64,000 bases of DNA from an uncultured Alphaproteobacteria bacterium. Its GTDB lineage: Bacteria; Pseudomonadota; Alphaproteobacteria; Rhizobiales; Amorphaceae. Below, in pieces: positions 1 to 8,835 of the stretch. The notes below the pieces were generated by a model. That model had not been told where the DNA came from. It ran no database searches and saw only the letters and a list, made by a program, of their open reading frames with translations. The stretch's first letter is position 1. Every line of letters starts with the position of its first letter. Made by a program: the position numbers and the translations under genes. The DNA lies in NCBI GenBank assembly GCA_963771975.1, contig CAVYVL010000005.1, positions 156,666 through 220,665 on the forward strand, written 5' to 3'.

Positions 1-170
1 CACTGCGACCGGTCGAATGATACAAGGGCACTGTGTCCGCTTTATCCGGTCCGTCCCTTGGTCTATCGGCACGAACTCGACCCACCGCGACGCGTAGAGA
101 GACAGGGCCGCATGTGGCGCAGCTGAGCGGACGGAACGAGCGGCGGCATCATCACGTCCCCCGGGGGCTG

Positions 171-1616
171 ATGCACCTGCGCCCGGCGCTCTACATCTCG
201 AGCTACTTCGGGATCGTCCTGTCGCTGGCGATGGTCGTCCCGGCGTTGATCGACCTCGCCGACGGTGAGGCGAGCTGGAGCGTGTTCGCGGTCTCGGCCG
301 CCGGCGTCTTCTGCGTCTGCGTGCTCGGCGTGGTGTCGCTGCGCGAGACGGTGCCGAATTTCACCCCCCGGTTCGGTTTCCTGCTGACCAGCGTGATCTG
401 GCTGACATGTTGCGTTATCGCGGCGATCCCGTTCTGGCTGTCGTCGCTGCCGATCACCCCGGCGGCCGCGTTCTTCGAGGCCGTCAGCGGGCTCACCACC
501 ACCGGTGCCACGGTGTTGTCGGAGCTGGACGCGATGCAGCGCTCGTTCCTGCTGTGGCGGTCGATGCTGCAGTGGCTGGGCGGGATCGGCATCGTCGCCA
601 TCGGGCTGTTCCTGTTCCCGTTCCTCCGCATCGGCGGCATGCAGGTGTTCCGCACGGAAAATTCGGACCGGTCCGACAAGGCGCTGCCCCGGGTGGTCTC
701 GGTGACGCGGGCGCTGTGCTTCATCTACCTGTTCTTCTCGCTCATGTGTGCCATCGTGTATGCCGCCCTCGGCATGAGCGTGTTCGACGCGGTCTGTCAC
801 GCGATGACGACGATCGCGACCGGCGGGTTCTCAACTCATGACCGCTCGTTCGGCTTCTTCCAGGACTCGCGGCTGTTGTGGGCGGCGGTGTTCTTCATGA
901 TCGTCGGGGCGCTGCCGTTCGTCCTGTACGTCGAGGCGCTTGTGCGCGGCCGCATCAATCTGTGGCACGACTGGCAGGTTCGCACGTTCATCACCGGCAT
1001 CTTCGTGGTCACGGTCGCGCTGACGATCTGGCTCGACCAGACGCGCAACATCGACGTGGCGGACGCCTTCACGCAGGCGGCCTTCAACGTGGTCTCGATC
1101 GTCACCACCACCGGCTACGCCTCGGACGACTACGCGGTGTGGGGGCCGTTCGCGTTCGGCGTGTTCTTCATCCTGACCTTCATCGGGGGGTGTTCGGGGT
1201 CCACGACCGGCGGCATCAAGGTCTACCGCTTCATCATCGTGTTCCAGGCGCTGCGGCGGGCCTTCACGCGGCTCGTCTATCCGCACGCGATGCAGCCGCT
1301 GCGCTTCGGCGACCGGATCATCGAGCAGGACGTGTTCAATTCGGTGGTGATCTACTTCATCGCGTTCTTCCTGGTGTACGGATTGACCATTCTGGCGCTG
1401 TCGCTCGCGGGCCAGGACTTCATCACGGCGTTGACCGGAGCGCAGACAGCGCTCACAAACGTGGGACCGGGTCTGGGGGAGACGATCGGTCCGGCCGGGA
1501 ATTTCTCGCCGCTCGGCGAATTCGAGCTGTGGCTCCTGTCGTTCGTGATGCTGCTCGGTCGTCTCGAGATCATGACTGTGCTGATTTTGTTCACGCCGGT
1601 GTTTTGGAGGGATTGA
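171..1616 (+). CDS. trkH: TrkH family potassium uptake membrane protein
   Basis: Multi-TM protein with four pore-loop motifs (FEAVSGLTTTGAT, TIATGGFS, SIVTTTGY, LTNVGPG) plus GGCSGSTTGGIK and MLLGRLE. Start taken at ATG 171 (MHLRP). Confidence 0.93.
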   Translation: MHLRPALYISSYFGIVLSLAMVVPALIDLADGEASWSVFAVSAAGVFCVCVLGVVSLRETVPNFTPRFGFLLTSVIWLTCCVIAAIPFWLSSLPITPAAAFFEAVSGLTTTGATVLSELDAMQRSFLLWRSMLQWLGGIGIVAIGLFLFPFLRIGGMQVFRTENSDRSDKALPRVVSVTRALCFIYLFFSLMCAIVYAALGMSVFDAVCHAMTTIATGGFSTHDRSFGFFQDSRLLWAAVFFMIVGALPFVLYVEALVRGRINLWHDWQVRTFITGIFVVTVALTIWLDQTRNIDVADAFTQAAFNVVSIVTTTGYASDDYAVWGPFAFGVFFILTFIGGCSGSTTGGIKVYRFIIVFQALRRAFTRLVYPHAMQPLRFGDRIIEQDVFNSVVIYFIAFFLVYGLTILALSLAGQDFITALTGAQTALTNVGPGLGETIGPAGNFSPLGEFELWLLSFVMLLGRLEIMTVLILFTPVFWRD

Positions 1617-2833
1617 TGTCTGACGATTGGGCCTTGGCCACCCGCCTCGTGCATGAAGGCGGCATGCGCTCCCAGTTCGGCGAAACCTCCGAAGCGCTGT
1701 TTCTCACGCAGGGGTTCGTCTACGACAGCGCCGAGGAGGCGGCGGCCCGCTTCGCCGGCGAGGCGGAAGGCTACGTCTATTCGCGCTACGGCAACCCCAC
1801 CGTATCGATGTTCGAGCGCCGCATGGCCGCGCTGGAAGGCGCCGAGGCCTGCCGGGCGACCACGTCGGGCATGGCGGCGGTTACGGCCGCGCTGACGGCG
1901 GCGCTGCGGGCGGGCGACCACATCGTCGCCGCGGGCGCGCTGTTCGGCGGCTGCCGCTACATCGTCGAGACCTACCTGCCGCGCTTCGGCGTCGAGGCGA
2001 CGCTGGTGGACGGGGAGGACCTCGCCGCGTGGGAGGCGGCGGTGAAGCCCAACACCAAAGTCTTCTTCATGGAGAGCCCCACCAACCCGACCCTGGCGCT
2101 GGTCGATATCGCCGGGGTCTCCAACATCCGCGACGCCAAGGCGCCCAGCGCCCAGGTCGTGGTCGACAACGTGTTCGCGACGCCGCTGTGGCAGAGCCCG
2201 CTGACGCTCGGGGCGGATATCGTGGTCTACTCGGCCACCAAGCACATCGACGGGCAGGGGCGGTGCCTCGGCGGCGCGATCCTGGGCCGTGAGGAGTGGA
2301 TCACGGACAATCTGGACATCATCCTGCGCCAGACCGGGCCGTGCATGAGCCCCTTCAACGCGTGGGTGCTGCTGAAGGCCCTGGAGACGCTGCCGCTTCG
2401 CATCCGCGCGCAAACGGCGACGGCCGCCGAGGTGGCCGATGCGCTGGCGAGCCACAAGATGGTCCGCCGCGTCATCTATCCGGGACGCGACGACCATCCG
2501 CAGGCCGAGCTCGCCCGCCGGCAGATGGGCGCGGGCTCGACTCTGCTGGCCTTCTCCATCGAGGGTGGCCGCGAGGAGGCCTTCCGCGTGGCCAACGCGC
2601 TCGAGCTGGTGAAGCTCTCCAACAATCTGGGCGACGCCAAGAGCCTGCTGACGCACCCGGCGACGACCACGCACAAGAATCTGGCGCCGGAGGCCCGCGC
2701 GGTGCTGGGCATCGACGACGGCCTCCTGCGCCTGTCGGTCGGCCTGGAAGACGCTGGCGATCTCATCGCGGATCTCACGCAGGCGCTCGACAAGGCGCTG
2801 GGCATGGCGCCGATGCGACAGGCGGGCGAATAG
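1616..2833 (+). CDS. metZ: O-succinylhomoserine sulfhydrylase (PLP-dependent, Cys/Met metabolism family)
   Basis: GETSEALFLTQGFVY, YSRYGNPT, ESPTNP, VDNVFATP, YSATKHIDGQGR (PLP Lys) and NNLGDAKS. ATG overlaps the trkH stop (TGATG). Confidence 0.93.
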   Translation: MSDDWALATRLVHEGGMRSQFGETSEALFLTQGFVYDSAEEAAARFAGEAEGYVYSRYGNPTVSMFERRMAALEGAEACRATTSGMAAVTAALTAALRAGDHIVAAGALFGGCRYIVETYLPRFGVEATLVDGEDLAAWEAAVKPNTKVFFMESPTNPTLALVDIAGVSNIRDAKAPSAQVVVDNVFATPLWQSPLTLGADIVVYSATKHIDGQGRCLGGAILGREEWITDNLDIILRQTGPCMSPFNAWVLLKALETLPLRIRAQTATAAEVADALASHKMVRRVIYPGRDDHPQAELARRQMGAGSTLLAFSIEGGREEAFRVANALELVKLSNNLGDAKSLLTHPATTTHKNLAPEARAVLGIDDGLLRLSVGLEDAGDLIADLTQALDKALGMAPMRQAGE

Positions 2834-3057
2834 GCGCCCCCGCCGTCGATGCATCCTGCCCGCTCTCCCTGGGCGTGGCGGATGGCCTCAGGCCGCAAGT
2901 CCCAATTGTCTCGAACATTTCTTAGGAGCGTTGTCCTTTTCTCGCGTCGACCAGATTGAGGCGGCTTCCGGTGGCCTCCCGACGATCCGAGCCGATCACC
3001 GCGTCCGGTGAGAGCGGTCGGCAGGCGTGCGCAGCGCTGACATGAAGGTGGCGCCGC

Positions 3058-3086
3058 CTTCACAACGAGGAGAGGGAACTCTATCT
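3058..3086 (+). promoter_or_regulatory. Putative sigma70-type promoter (CTTCAC-N17-CTATCT) for the DUF475 gene
   Basis: Resembles the rhizobial RpoD consensus CTTGAC-N17-CTATAT. The -35 overlaps a near-perfect palindrome TGAAGGTGGCGCCGCCTTCA (3043-3062). Confidence 0.45.
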
Positions 3087-3089
3087 GAG

Positions 3090-3170
3090 ACGGGTGCCGC
3101 CGCTGCTGCGTGGTGGTTCGAACCGCGTCCGGGTGCCGGGCGGAATTCGCCGCCGGCGCGTCGAGCCGGC
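3090..3170 (+). ncRNA. Candidate cis-regulatory RNA leader, nhaA-I (Li+/Na+ riboswitch)-like, possibly tandem
   Basis: Two units each begin CGGGTGCCG (3091, 3130), followed by a short hairpin and a TCGA(A/G)CCG segment. They lie between a predicted promoter and a membrane transporter gene. Family match is from memory, not computed. Confidence 0.4.
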
Positions 3171-3208
3171 ATGAAGAGCGCGCCCGCGCGCTCGGCTAGG
3201 ATATCTTC

Positions 3209-4264
3209 ATGACCGCGACTGTGCGCTACTTCGGTTGGCCGCTCGGCCTGACTGTCCTCGGGCTCATTCTCGCATTCGTGGTCGGCTACATGACGAAGGG
3301 CACGCTGGCAGGCGGGATGTCCTTTCTCGCGGTCGGTATCGTCCTGGCGGCGCTGGAAATTTCGCTCTCGTTCGACAACGCCATCGTCAACGCCAACAAG
3401 CTCAAGACGATGGATCCCAAGTGGCAGCGCCGCTTCCTGACCTGGGGCATCCTCATCGCCGTCTTCGGCATGCGCATCGTGTTCCCGCTGGCGGTTGTGG
3501 CCATCGCCGCGCACCTGGGCCCGATCCAGGCCGTCGTCCTGGCGGCCACCAAGCCGGCCGAATATTCCGCCATCATGAACGACGCGCACCTCTCCATCGC
3601 CGCGTTCGGCGGCACGTTCCTGATGATGGTCGCGCTCACCTATTTCATCGACGAAGAGAAGGAGATCGACTGGGTCCACGCGGTCGAGCACCGGCTGCGG
3701 CGCTGCGCGTCCGTGCGTGGCTTGGAGATGGCCTTCGTGCTGCTCCTGGCGCTCGTCATCTCCGAAGCGCAGCCGGAGGCGGACGAGATGACCTTCCTCT
3801 TCAGCGCCGTCTGCGGCCTGGTGACGTTCTCGGCGGTCGACATTCTGGGCCGCCTGCTGGATCAGACGAACGAGGTCCAGGGCACGGTGGCCCGCGGCGG
3901 TTTCGGCGCCTTCCTGTATCTCGAAGTGCTGGATGCCTCGTTCTCGTTCGACGGTGTGGTCGGTGCATTCGCGCTGACGCAGAACCTCTTCCTGATCGCC
4001 ATCGGCCTCGGCATCGGCGCCCTTTACGTGCGCTCCATGACCATCATGCTGGTCGAGCGCGGCACCCTCGCCCAGTTCCGCTATCTCGAGCACGGCGCGT
4101 TCTATTCGATCCTGGTGCTGTCGGGGATCATGTACGCGCAGTCGATGGTGCACGTGCCGGAGCTGGTCACTGGCCTGCTCGGCGCTTCATTGATCATTCT
4201 GGCGCTCTGGTCCTCGGTCCAGTACAACAAGCGCGCCGCGATCCACGACAGCAACCGCGCCTGA
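3209..4264 (+). CDS. DUF475 (COG2899, TerC-related) integral membrane protein
   Basis: LEISLSFDNAIVNA, WQRRFLTWGILIAVFGMR, YLEVLDASFSFDGVVGAFA and YLEHGAFY motifs; about 9 TM segments. Confidence 0.9.
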   Translation: MTATVRYFGWPLGLTVLGLILAFVVGYMTKGTLAGGMSFLAVGIVLAALEISLSFDNAIVNANKLKTMDPKWQRRFLTWGILIAVFGMRIVFPLAVVAIAAHLGPIQAVVLAATKPAEYSAIMNDAHLSIAAFGGTFLMMVALTYFIDEEKEIDWVHAVEHRLRRCASVRGLEMAFVLLLALVISEAQPEADEMTFLFSAVCGLVTFSAVDILGRLLDQTNEVQGTVARGGFGAFLYLEVLDASFSFDGVVGAFALTQNLFLIAIGLGIGALYVRSMTIMLVERGTLAQFRYLEHGAFYSILVLSGIMYAQSMVHVPELVTGLLGASLIILALWSSVQYNKRAAIHDSNRA

Positions 4265-4360
4265 GGGCGCCACGCCCCGATGACGGCGCCGCGTCGCCCA
4301 TTCCCACAGCCGCCCGCCTGAGCGCTTGCATGCCGCCGCGGGAACATCGCGCTCGAGCCT

Positions 4361-5350
4361 ATGCCTGACGATCCCTACGCCAAGTACCTCGCGTTCCTGG
4401 ACTATCACCGCGAGCGGCCGCAGCCCGTCCGCACGCCGGTGATCGAGATCATCCTCGACGCGACCGTGACAGGAGTCGGCGATTTGGTGCGCGCCCCGCA
4501 GGGCGTGGAGATCCAGGACAGCGGCGTCTACCACGCGGATGGCGCGCTATGCGGGCTCGGCCTGCACCGGGCGAGCAACATCCCGCAGGACAACATCGCG
4601 CCCGACCCTCTCCCGTCCGAACGGCGCGCCCGCGGTGAGTTGGTGCCCGGCCGGCACCTGTTCGGCGGGATCATCGGCCCGCATTTCGGGCACTTCCTGG
4701 TGGAGAGCCTCGGGCGGCTGTGGGCGGCGGAGCATCTCAAGGGCACGTTCAACTCGCTCGTATACATCCGCATCCACGGCCGCAAGCGCACGCCGATCGC
4801 CGACTTCGGCGCGGGCGTCCTGGCGGCATTGAGCCTCGACCTGCCGGTGCACACGGTGGTGCGGCCGACCGCCTTCGCCGAACTTGTCGTGCCGAGCCAG
4901 CTGTTCGGCTTCCACCTGCGCGAGGGGCACCCGCTGTTCCACGCGTTCGTGCACCGCCATCTGCGCGCGTTCAGCGCCGGCGGGGACGGCGCGCGGCGGC
5001 TCTACGTGTCGCGGCGCAAGCTGGGGGACATCTCGGGCGAGGAGGCCCGGGAGGCGCTGCTGGAGGGTCACGGCTACCGCGTGATCCACCCCGAGACGCT
5101 GAGCTTCGCCGACCAGCTCGCCGCATACAATGCGGCCAACTCGGTGCTGCTGGCGGAGGGATCCGCGGTGCATGTATTTGCGATGGTGGCGCGGGCGGAT
5201 CAACGCTGCGGCATCATCCAGCGGCGCCCCGGCGTGTTCGCCGGCGGCATGGATCATCTGCGCGGCTTCTCGGGGCGGCCGGGTGTGCTCATCCCGGGCG
5301 ATCCGGCCGACACGCTCGCCGAGCGGCTGGAGGCGGCCGGCTTCCTGTGA
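4361..5350 (+). CDS. Glycosyltransferase family 61 (DUF563)-like protein
   Basis: HFGHFLVESLGRLW, RRLYVSRR and VIHPETLSFADQLAAY...AEGSAVH are typical DUF563 motifs. Confidence 0.75.
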   Translation: MPDDPYAKYLAFLDYHRERPQPVRTPVIEIILDATVTGVGDLVRAPQGVEIQDSGVYHADGALCGLGLHRASNIPQDNIAPDPLPSERRARGELVPGRHLFGGIIGPHFGHFLVESLGRLWAAEHLKGTFNSLVYIRIHGRKRTPIADFGAGVLAALSLDLPVHTVVRPTAFAELVVPSQLFGFHLREGHPLFHAFVHRHLRAFSAGGDGARRLYVSRRKLGDISGEEAREALLEGHGYRVIHPETLSFADQLAAYNAANSVLLAEGSAVHVFAMVARADQRCGIIQRRPGVFAGGMDHLRGFSGRPGVLIPGDPADTLAERLEAAGFL

Positions 5351-5456
5351 GGTTCGAGGCGGCTTCGGCGTGCGGCTGTGCGTGCCGCCCTTGCGGTGCC
5401 GCGATGGCGCGATAGGTTTGAGGGGCCGCACCGGCAATGGCGGCCAGCGAGGACCG

Positions 5457-6119
5457 ATGAGCTTTTCCGCGACCGCTTGGGCCCGCAACGAGGCGGCCTA
5501 CGAGACCATCCGCACGATGCCCTTCAACGCCGAGCTGGCGGAGGGCACACTCTCACGCGCCACGTTCGAGCACTACATCGTCCAGGACGCGCACTATCTG
5601 ATCGGGTTCGGCCGCGCGCTCGCGCTCGCGGCGGCCAAGGCGCCGCATCCGGACCGGATCGTGCAGTTCGTCGACGCCGCCAAGGAGGCAATTGTCGTGG
5701 AGCGCGCGCTGCACGGCTCGTTCTTCGAGGAGTGGGGCATCGACTCCAACACCTTCGCCGACACCCCGGTGTCGCCCGCGTGTCACCACTACGTGTCGTA
5801 TCTGATCGCGACGGCCTTCGCCGAATCCTACGAGATCCTGTTGGCCGCGCTCCTGCCCTGCTTCTGGATCTACGCCGAGGTGGGGCGTGACATTCACAGC
5901 CGCGCGGCGGCGGGCAACCCCTATCAGAAGTGGATCGATACCTACGCCGACGAGGACTTCCACGAGGCTGTCCAAGGGATGCGCACGGCAGCCGACGAGG
6001 CGGCCTCCGGCGCCACCGCGGAGACACGCGACGCGATGCTGTCGGCCTACAACGCGGCCACGCAGCTGGAGTACATCTTCTGGGAGTCGGCCTACCACCG
6101 CCGGGACTGGCCGCTGTGA
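5457..6119 (+). CDS. tenA: Thiaminase II / aminopyrimidine aminohydrolase
   Basis: PFNAELAEGTL, YIVQDAHYL, LLPCFWIY (catalytic Cys), NPYQKWIDTY and LEYIFW. ATG 5457 follows GAGG. Confidence 0.92.
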   Translation: MSFSATAWARNEAAYETIRTMPFNAELAEGTLSRATFEHYIVQDAHYLIGFGRALALAAAKAPHPDRIVQFVDAAKEAIVVERALHGSFFEEWGIDSNTFADTPVSPACHHYVSYLIATAFAESYEILLAALLPCFWIYAEVGRDIHSRAAAGNPYQKWIDTYADEDFHEAVQGMRTAADEAASGATAETRDAMLSAYNAATQLEYIFWESAYHRRDWPL

Positions 6120-6180
6120 CAGCGCCGCCGGGCGTCGCGCGCCGTCCTCGCCGCCAGCGTGAAACGCTGAGGGTCGCGCC

Positions 6181-6804
6181 GTGACGTTGTCGTCCGGGCG
6201 CCTCATGCTCTGCGGGATCGGGTTGATCGCCGCGGCGTTCGCAGTCGTGCCATTGGCGACTGCTTTGTGGCCCGGGGGGCTCGCCGGCTACTGCCTGGTC
6301 CTAGCGCTCTACTGGGTGCTGTTCTGCGTCCCGGTGGCCTACGCGTCGGGCGCGTTCCGGCTGGGGCTGTCGTTCAAGCTGAACGGGGCCATTTGGGTGC
6401 CGGTCGTGATCCTGCTGCAGGCGCTGGGCTATGCCGTCTACGGTCTCACCCAGGGGCTCGCGTCGCTGCCCGTCGAGGCGCTGGCCCTCGGCGCTCTGGC
6501 CGCCTTCGTCAATGCGCCGCTGGAGGAGTTCGCCTGGCGCGGCGCCTATCTCGCCGTCGCACGGCGCAATCCGCTGGTGCAGGCGGTCGGTGTGTGGATC
6601 TTCGCCCTGTGGCACGTGCCGCTGATGCTGGCGAGCGGGGTCAGTTTCGGCGAGAACGCGGTGTCGGTCGTCGCCGGGACCTTCGTCCTCGGCTCACTGT
6701 GGGCGATCGGCAGCTACTGGACCGGGACGATCGGCTGGGCCGTCGTCGGGCACATCATCGTCAATATGGTGGCGTTCCCGGCCCTCATCGCGGCCAACTC
6801 GTAG
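6181..6804 (+). CDS. CPBP (Abi/CAAX) family intramembrane glutamic endopeptidase
   Basis: EEFAWRG, FALWH and HIIVN motifs; hydrophobic. Confidence 0.85.
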   Translation: MTLSSGRLMLCGIGLIAAAFAVVPLATALWPGGLAGYCLVLALYWVLFCVPVAYASGAFRLGLSFKLNGAIWVPVVILLQALGYAVYGLTQGLASLPVEALALGALAAFVNAPLEEFAWRGAYLAVARRNPLVQAVGVWIFALWHVPLMLASGVSFGENAVSVVAGTFVLGSLWAIGSYWTGTIGWAVVGHIIVNMVAFPALIAANS

Positions 6805-6836
6805 ACCGGGTGGCTCCCTTCGCGGTCGGGCCTGCG

Positions 6837-7202
6837 TTAGTCCAACGGCAGCTCGAGGCCGGGGCCCGGGCCGTGGACGCTGTCCACCGCATGCACTGTG
6901 ACCGACGGCGTGCCCGGCGGAACGGTGACGCCTGTCAGGCTGCGCGTGAAGGGTTGCTCGTTCACGTGCGGGTGGTGGAGGACGCGGGTGCCGAGTTCGG
7001 TCCCATCGGCATCGGTCACCACGAAGGCGTTGGCGTAGTGGTCCCAACCGGTATCGGCATGGCGGATGGTGACGTCGAAGCGCCAGGTGTCGCCGGTGCG
7101 CGACGCTTTGACGTCGACCACGGTGGGACTGTCCGCCGTCGCGGGGCCGGTAAGGGCGCCGAGGGAAACGGCGAGCGCGATCAGGCGGAAGCGTCGGACC
7201 AT
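6837..7202 (-). CDS. Secreted His-rich conserved hypothetical protein (desulfoferrodoxin/SOR-like motif pattern)
   Basis: Signal peptide (MVRRFRLIALAVSLGALTGPATA), then HADTGWDHYAN, LHHPHVNEQPFTRSL and HAVDSVHG. Confidence 0.75.
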   Translation of the reverse strand: MVRRFRLIALAVSLGALTGPATADSPTVVDVKASRTGDTWRFDVTIRHADTGWDHYANAFVVTDADGTELGTRVLHHPHVNEQPFTRSLTGVTVPPGTPSVTVHAVDSVHGPGPGLELPLD

Positions 7203-7810
7203 GGTGTCACCCGTCGGAGCGTCAGATTGATGCGGCCGCCGCCGTCGATCAGGCGCGACGAGCCGGCGAGCACGCGATCGATGCCATGGTACATCAATCG
7301 CGACTCGCCGCCGAACACGACCACGTCACCGGAGGCGAGGCGCACCGAGCGGGTGGGGCCGCGCCGCGTCGTCCCGCCCATGCGGAAAATCGCGGTATCG
7401 CCGAGCGAAATCGAAACGACCGGCGCCTCGAAGGTTTCCTCGTCGCTGTCCTGATGCATGCCGAGCTTGGCGCCCTCGTCGTAGATGTTGACGAGGCAGG
7501 CCTCCGGCTCGGCCGGCGCGCCGAGCTGGCGCCACAGCGCCACCAGCGCCTCGGGCATCGGCGGCCAGGGCTTGCCGGTCTCGGGGTGTCTCGGCTGATA
7601 GCGGTACCCGCTCTTGTCGGCGACCCACCCCAGGGAGCCGCAGTTGGTCATCATCACCGAAAACGGCTTGCCGGTGCGCGGCATCGTCGGCCGGTAGAGC
7701 GGCGACTTTTTGATGACCTTGCGAATGTCCGCCAGCAGGGCGCGCTGCGCCGCCGGCGAGAGCATTCCGGGATGGATCGCGAGACCGGCGGCTTCGATCG
7801 TGTCGGCCAT
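7181..7810 (-). CDS. alkB: Alpha-ketoglutarate-dependent dioxygenase AlkB
   Basis: SVMMTNCGSLGWV, PEACLVNIY, GMHQDSDE (HxD), VSISLGD, HGI and RINLTLR. Confidence 0.92.
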   Translation of the reverse strand: MADTIEAAGLAIHPGMLSPAAQRALLADIRKVIKKSPLYRPTMPRTGKPFSVMMTNCGSLGWVADKSGYRYQPRHPETGKPWPPMPEALVALWRQLGAPAEPEACLVNIYDEGAKLGMHQDSDEETFEAPVVSISLGDTAIFRMGGTTRRGPTRSVRLASGDVVVFGGESRLMYHGIDRVLAGSSRLIDGGGRINLTLRRVTPWSDASA

Positions 7811-8073
7811 AAGCGCCCACTGGTATCCGGGAACGGGTGCAAGCTTCGGAGCGGACCAGTGCATGATTGGGCGGCGGAAGGCAAATTTCTGGGCCGCCGA
7901 TCCGCCGGGGCGCCGCGATCGTTACCTCGGCGCGCCGCAGGTCACCTTTGTGTGCCCTCTTATCCCCGAGAACGGGTGGACTAGGTGAGGGCGCGGTCGG
8001 AGGCGCACCCGTGCTCCGGCCTCGGTTACGCATCCGACGCGTGATGCGTCAGTCACTTACGGAGACACACCTC

Positions 8074-8680
8074 ATGCGCCATATCCTCGCCGCCGCCGCC
8101 ACATCGCTCGCGCTCATGCTGCCCGCCTCGGCTGAACAGCTCGACATTCCGTCCGGCACCTACAAGAACGATCCGACGCACTCGTCGATCGTCTGGAAGG
8201 TGTCGCACTTCGGCTATTCCACCTACACCGGCTTCTTCGCCCGCGACGCGATCGACGCCACCATCGAGCTCGACGCCGACGACGTCGCGAACTCGGAATT
8301 GAACGTGACGCTGAACGGCACCGAGGTGCGGACGCTGCACTCCGGCGCCGGAGGACTTCAACGCCGAGATCGCCTCCGACATGTTCATGAACACGGTAGA
8401 GTACCCCGAGATCACCTTCACCGCGACGAACATCGAAGTGACCGGCGAGAACACCGCCGAGATCACCGGCGACCTGACGATCGCGGGCCAGACCCATCCG
8501 CTGACGCTTTCGACGACGCTCAACCAGGCCGCCAACCACCCGATGGCCGGCACCCCCGCGCTCGGCATCACCGCCACCGGCACGCTGATGCGCTCGCAGT
8601 GGGGCAACGAGGGGCTGCTCGGCCCGATCTCCGACGAGGTCACCATCGAGATCCAGGCCGAGTTCATGCAGCAGAGCTGA
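8074..8680 (+). CDS. YceI family periplasmic lipid/polyisoprenoid-binding protein (frameshift near 8345)
   Basis: Signal peptide plus GTYKNDPTHSSIVWKVSHFGYS in one frame; YPEITF...ITGDLTIAG...RSQWG...DEVTIEIQAEF in another frame. Confidence 0.88.
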
Positions 8681-8835
8681 CGCGAGACGACCGCCTGCCA
8701 GCATTCCGCGCCAGCGGGCGGTGAGCGTCCTGCGGCGATGTGCGGTGCAGGATGCGCGAATGGGGCGGTGGGGATGATCCCCCTCCGCCCCATGCTATAT
8801 CGAGCCGCTTGCGGCTGATGTCGGAGAGGGACCCC

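Noticed and set aside
3112-3126. GGTTCGAACC as a tRNA T-arm or integration site
   Set aside because: There is no cloverleaf, anticodon arm or CCA, and no integrase nearby.
6181-6804. CPBP/Abi protein as an anti-phage system
   Set aside because: It is a lone CAAX-type protease with no defence-island context. The Abi name for this family is not evidence of defence.
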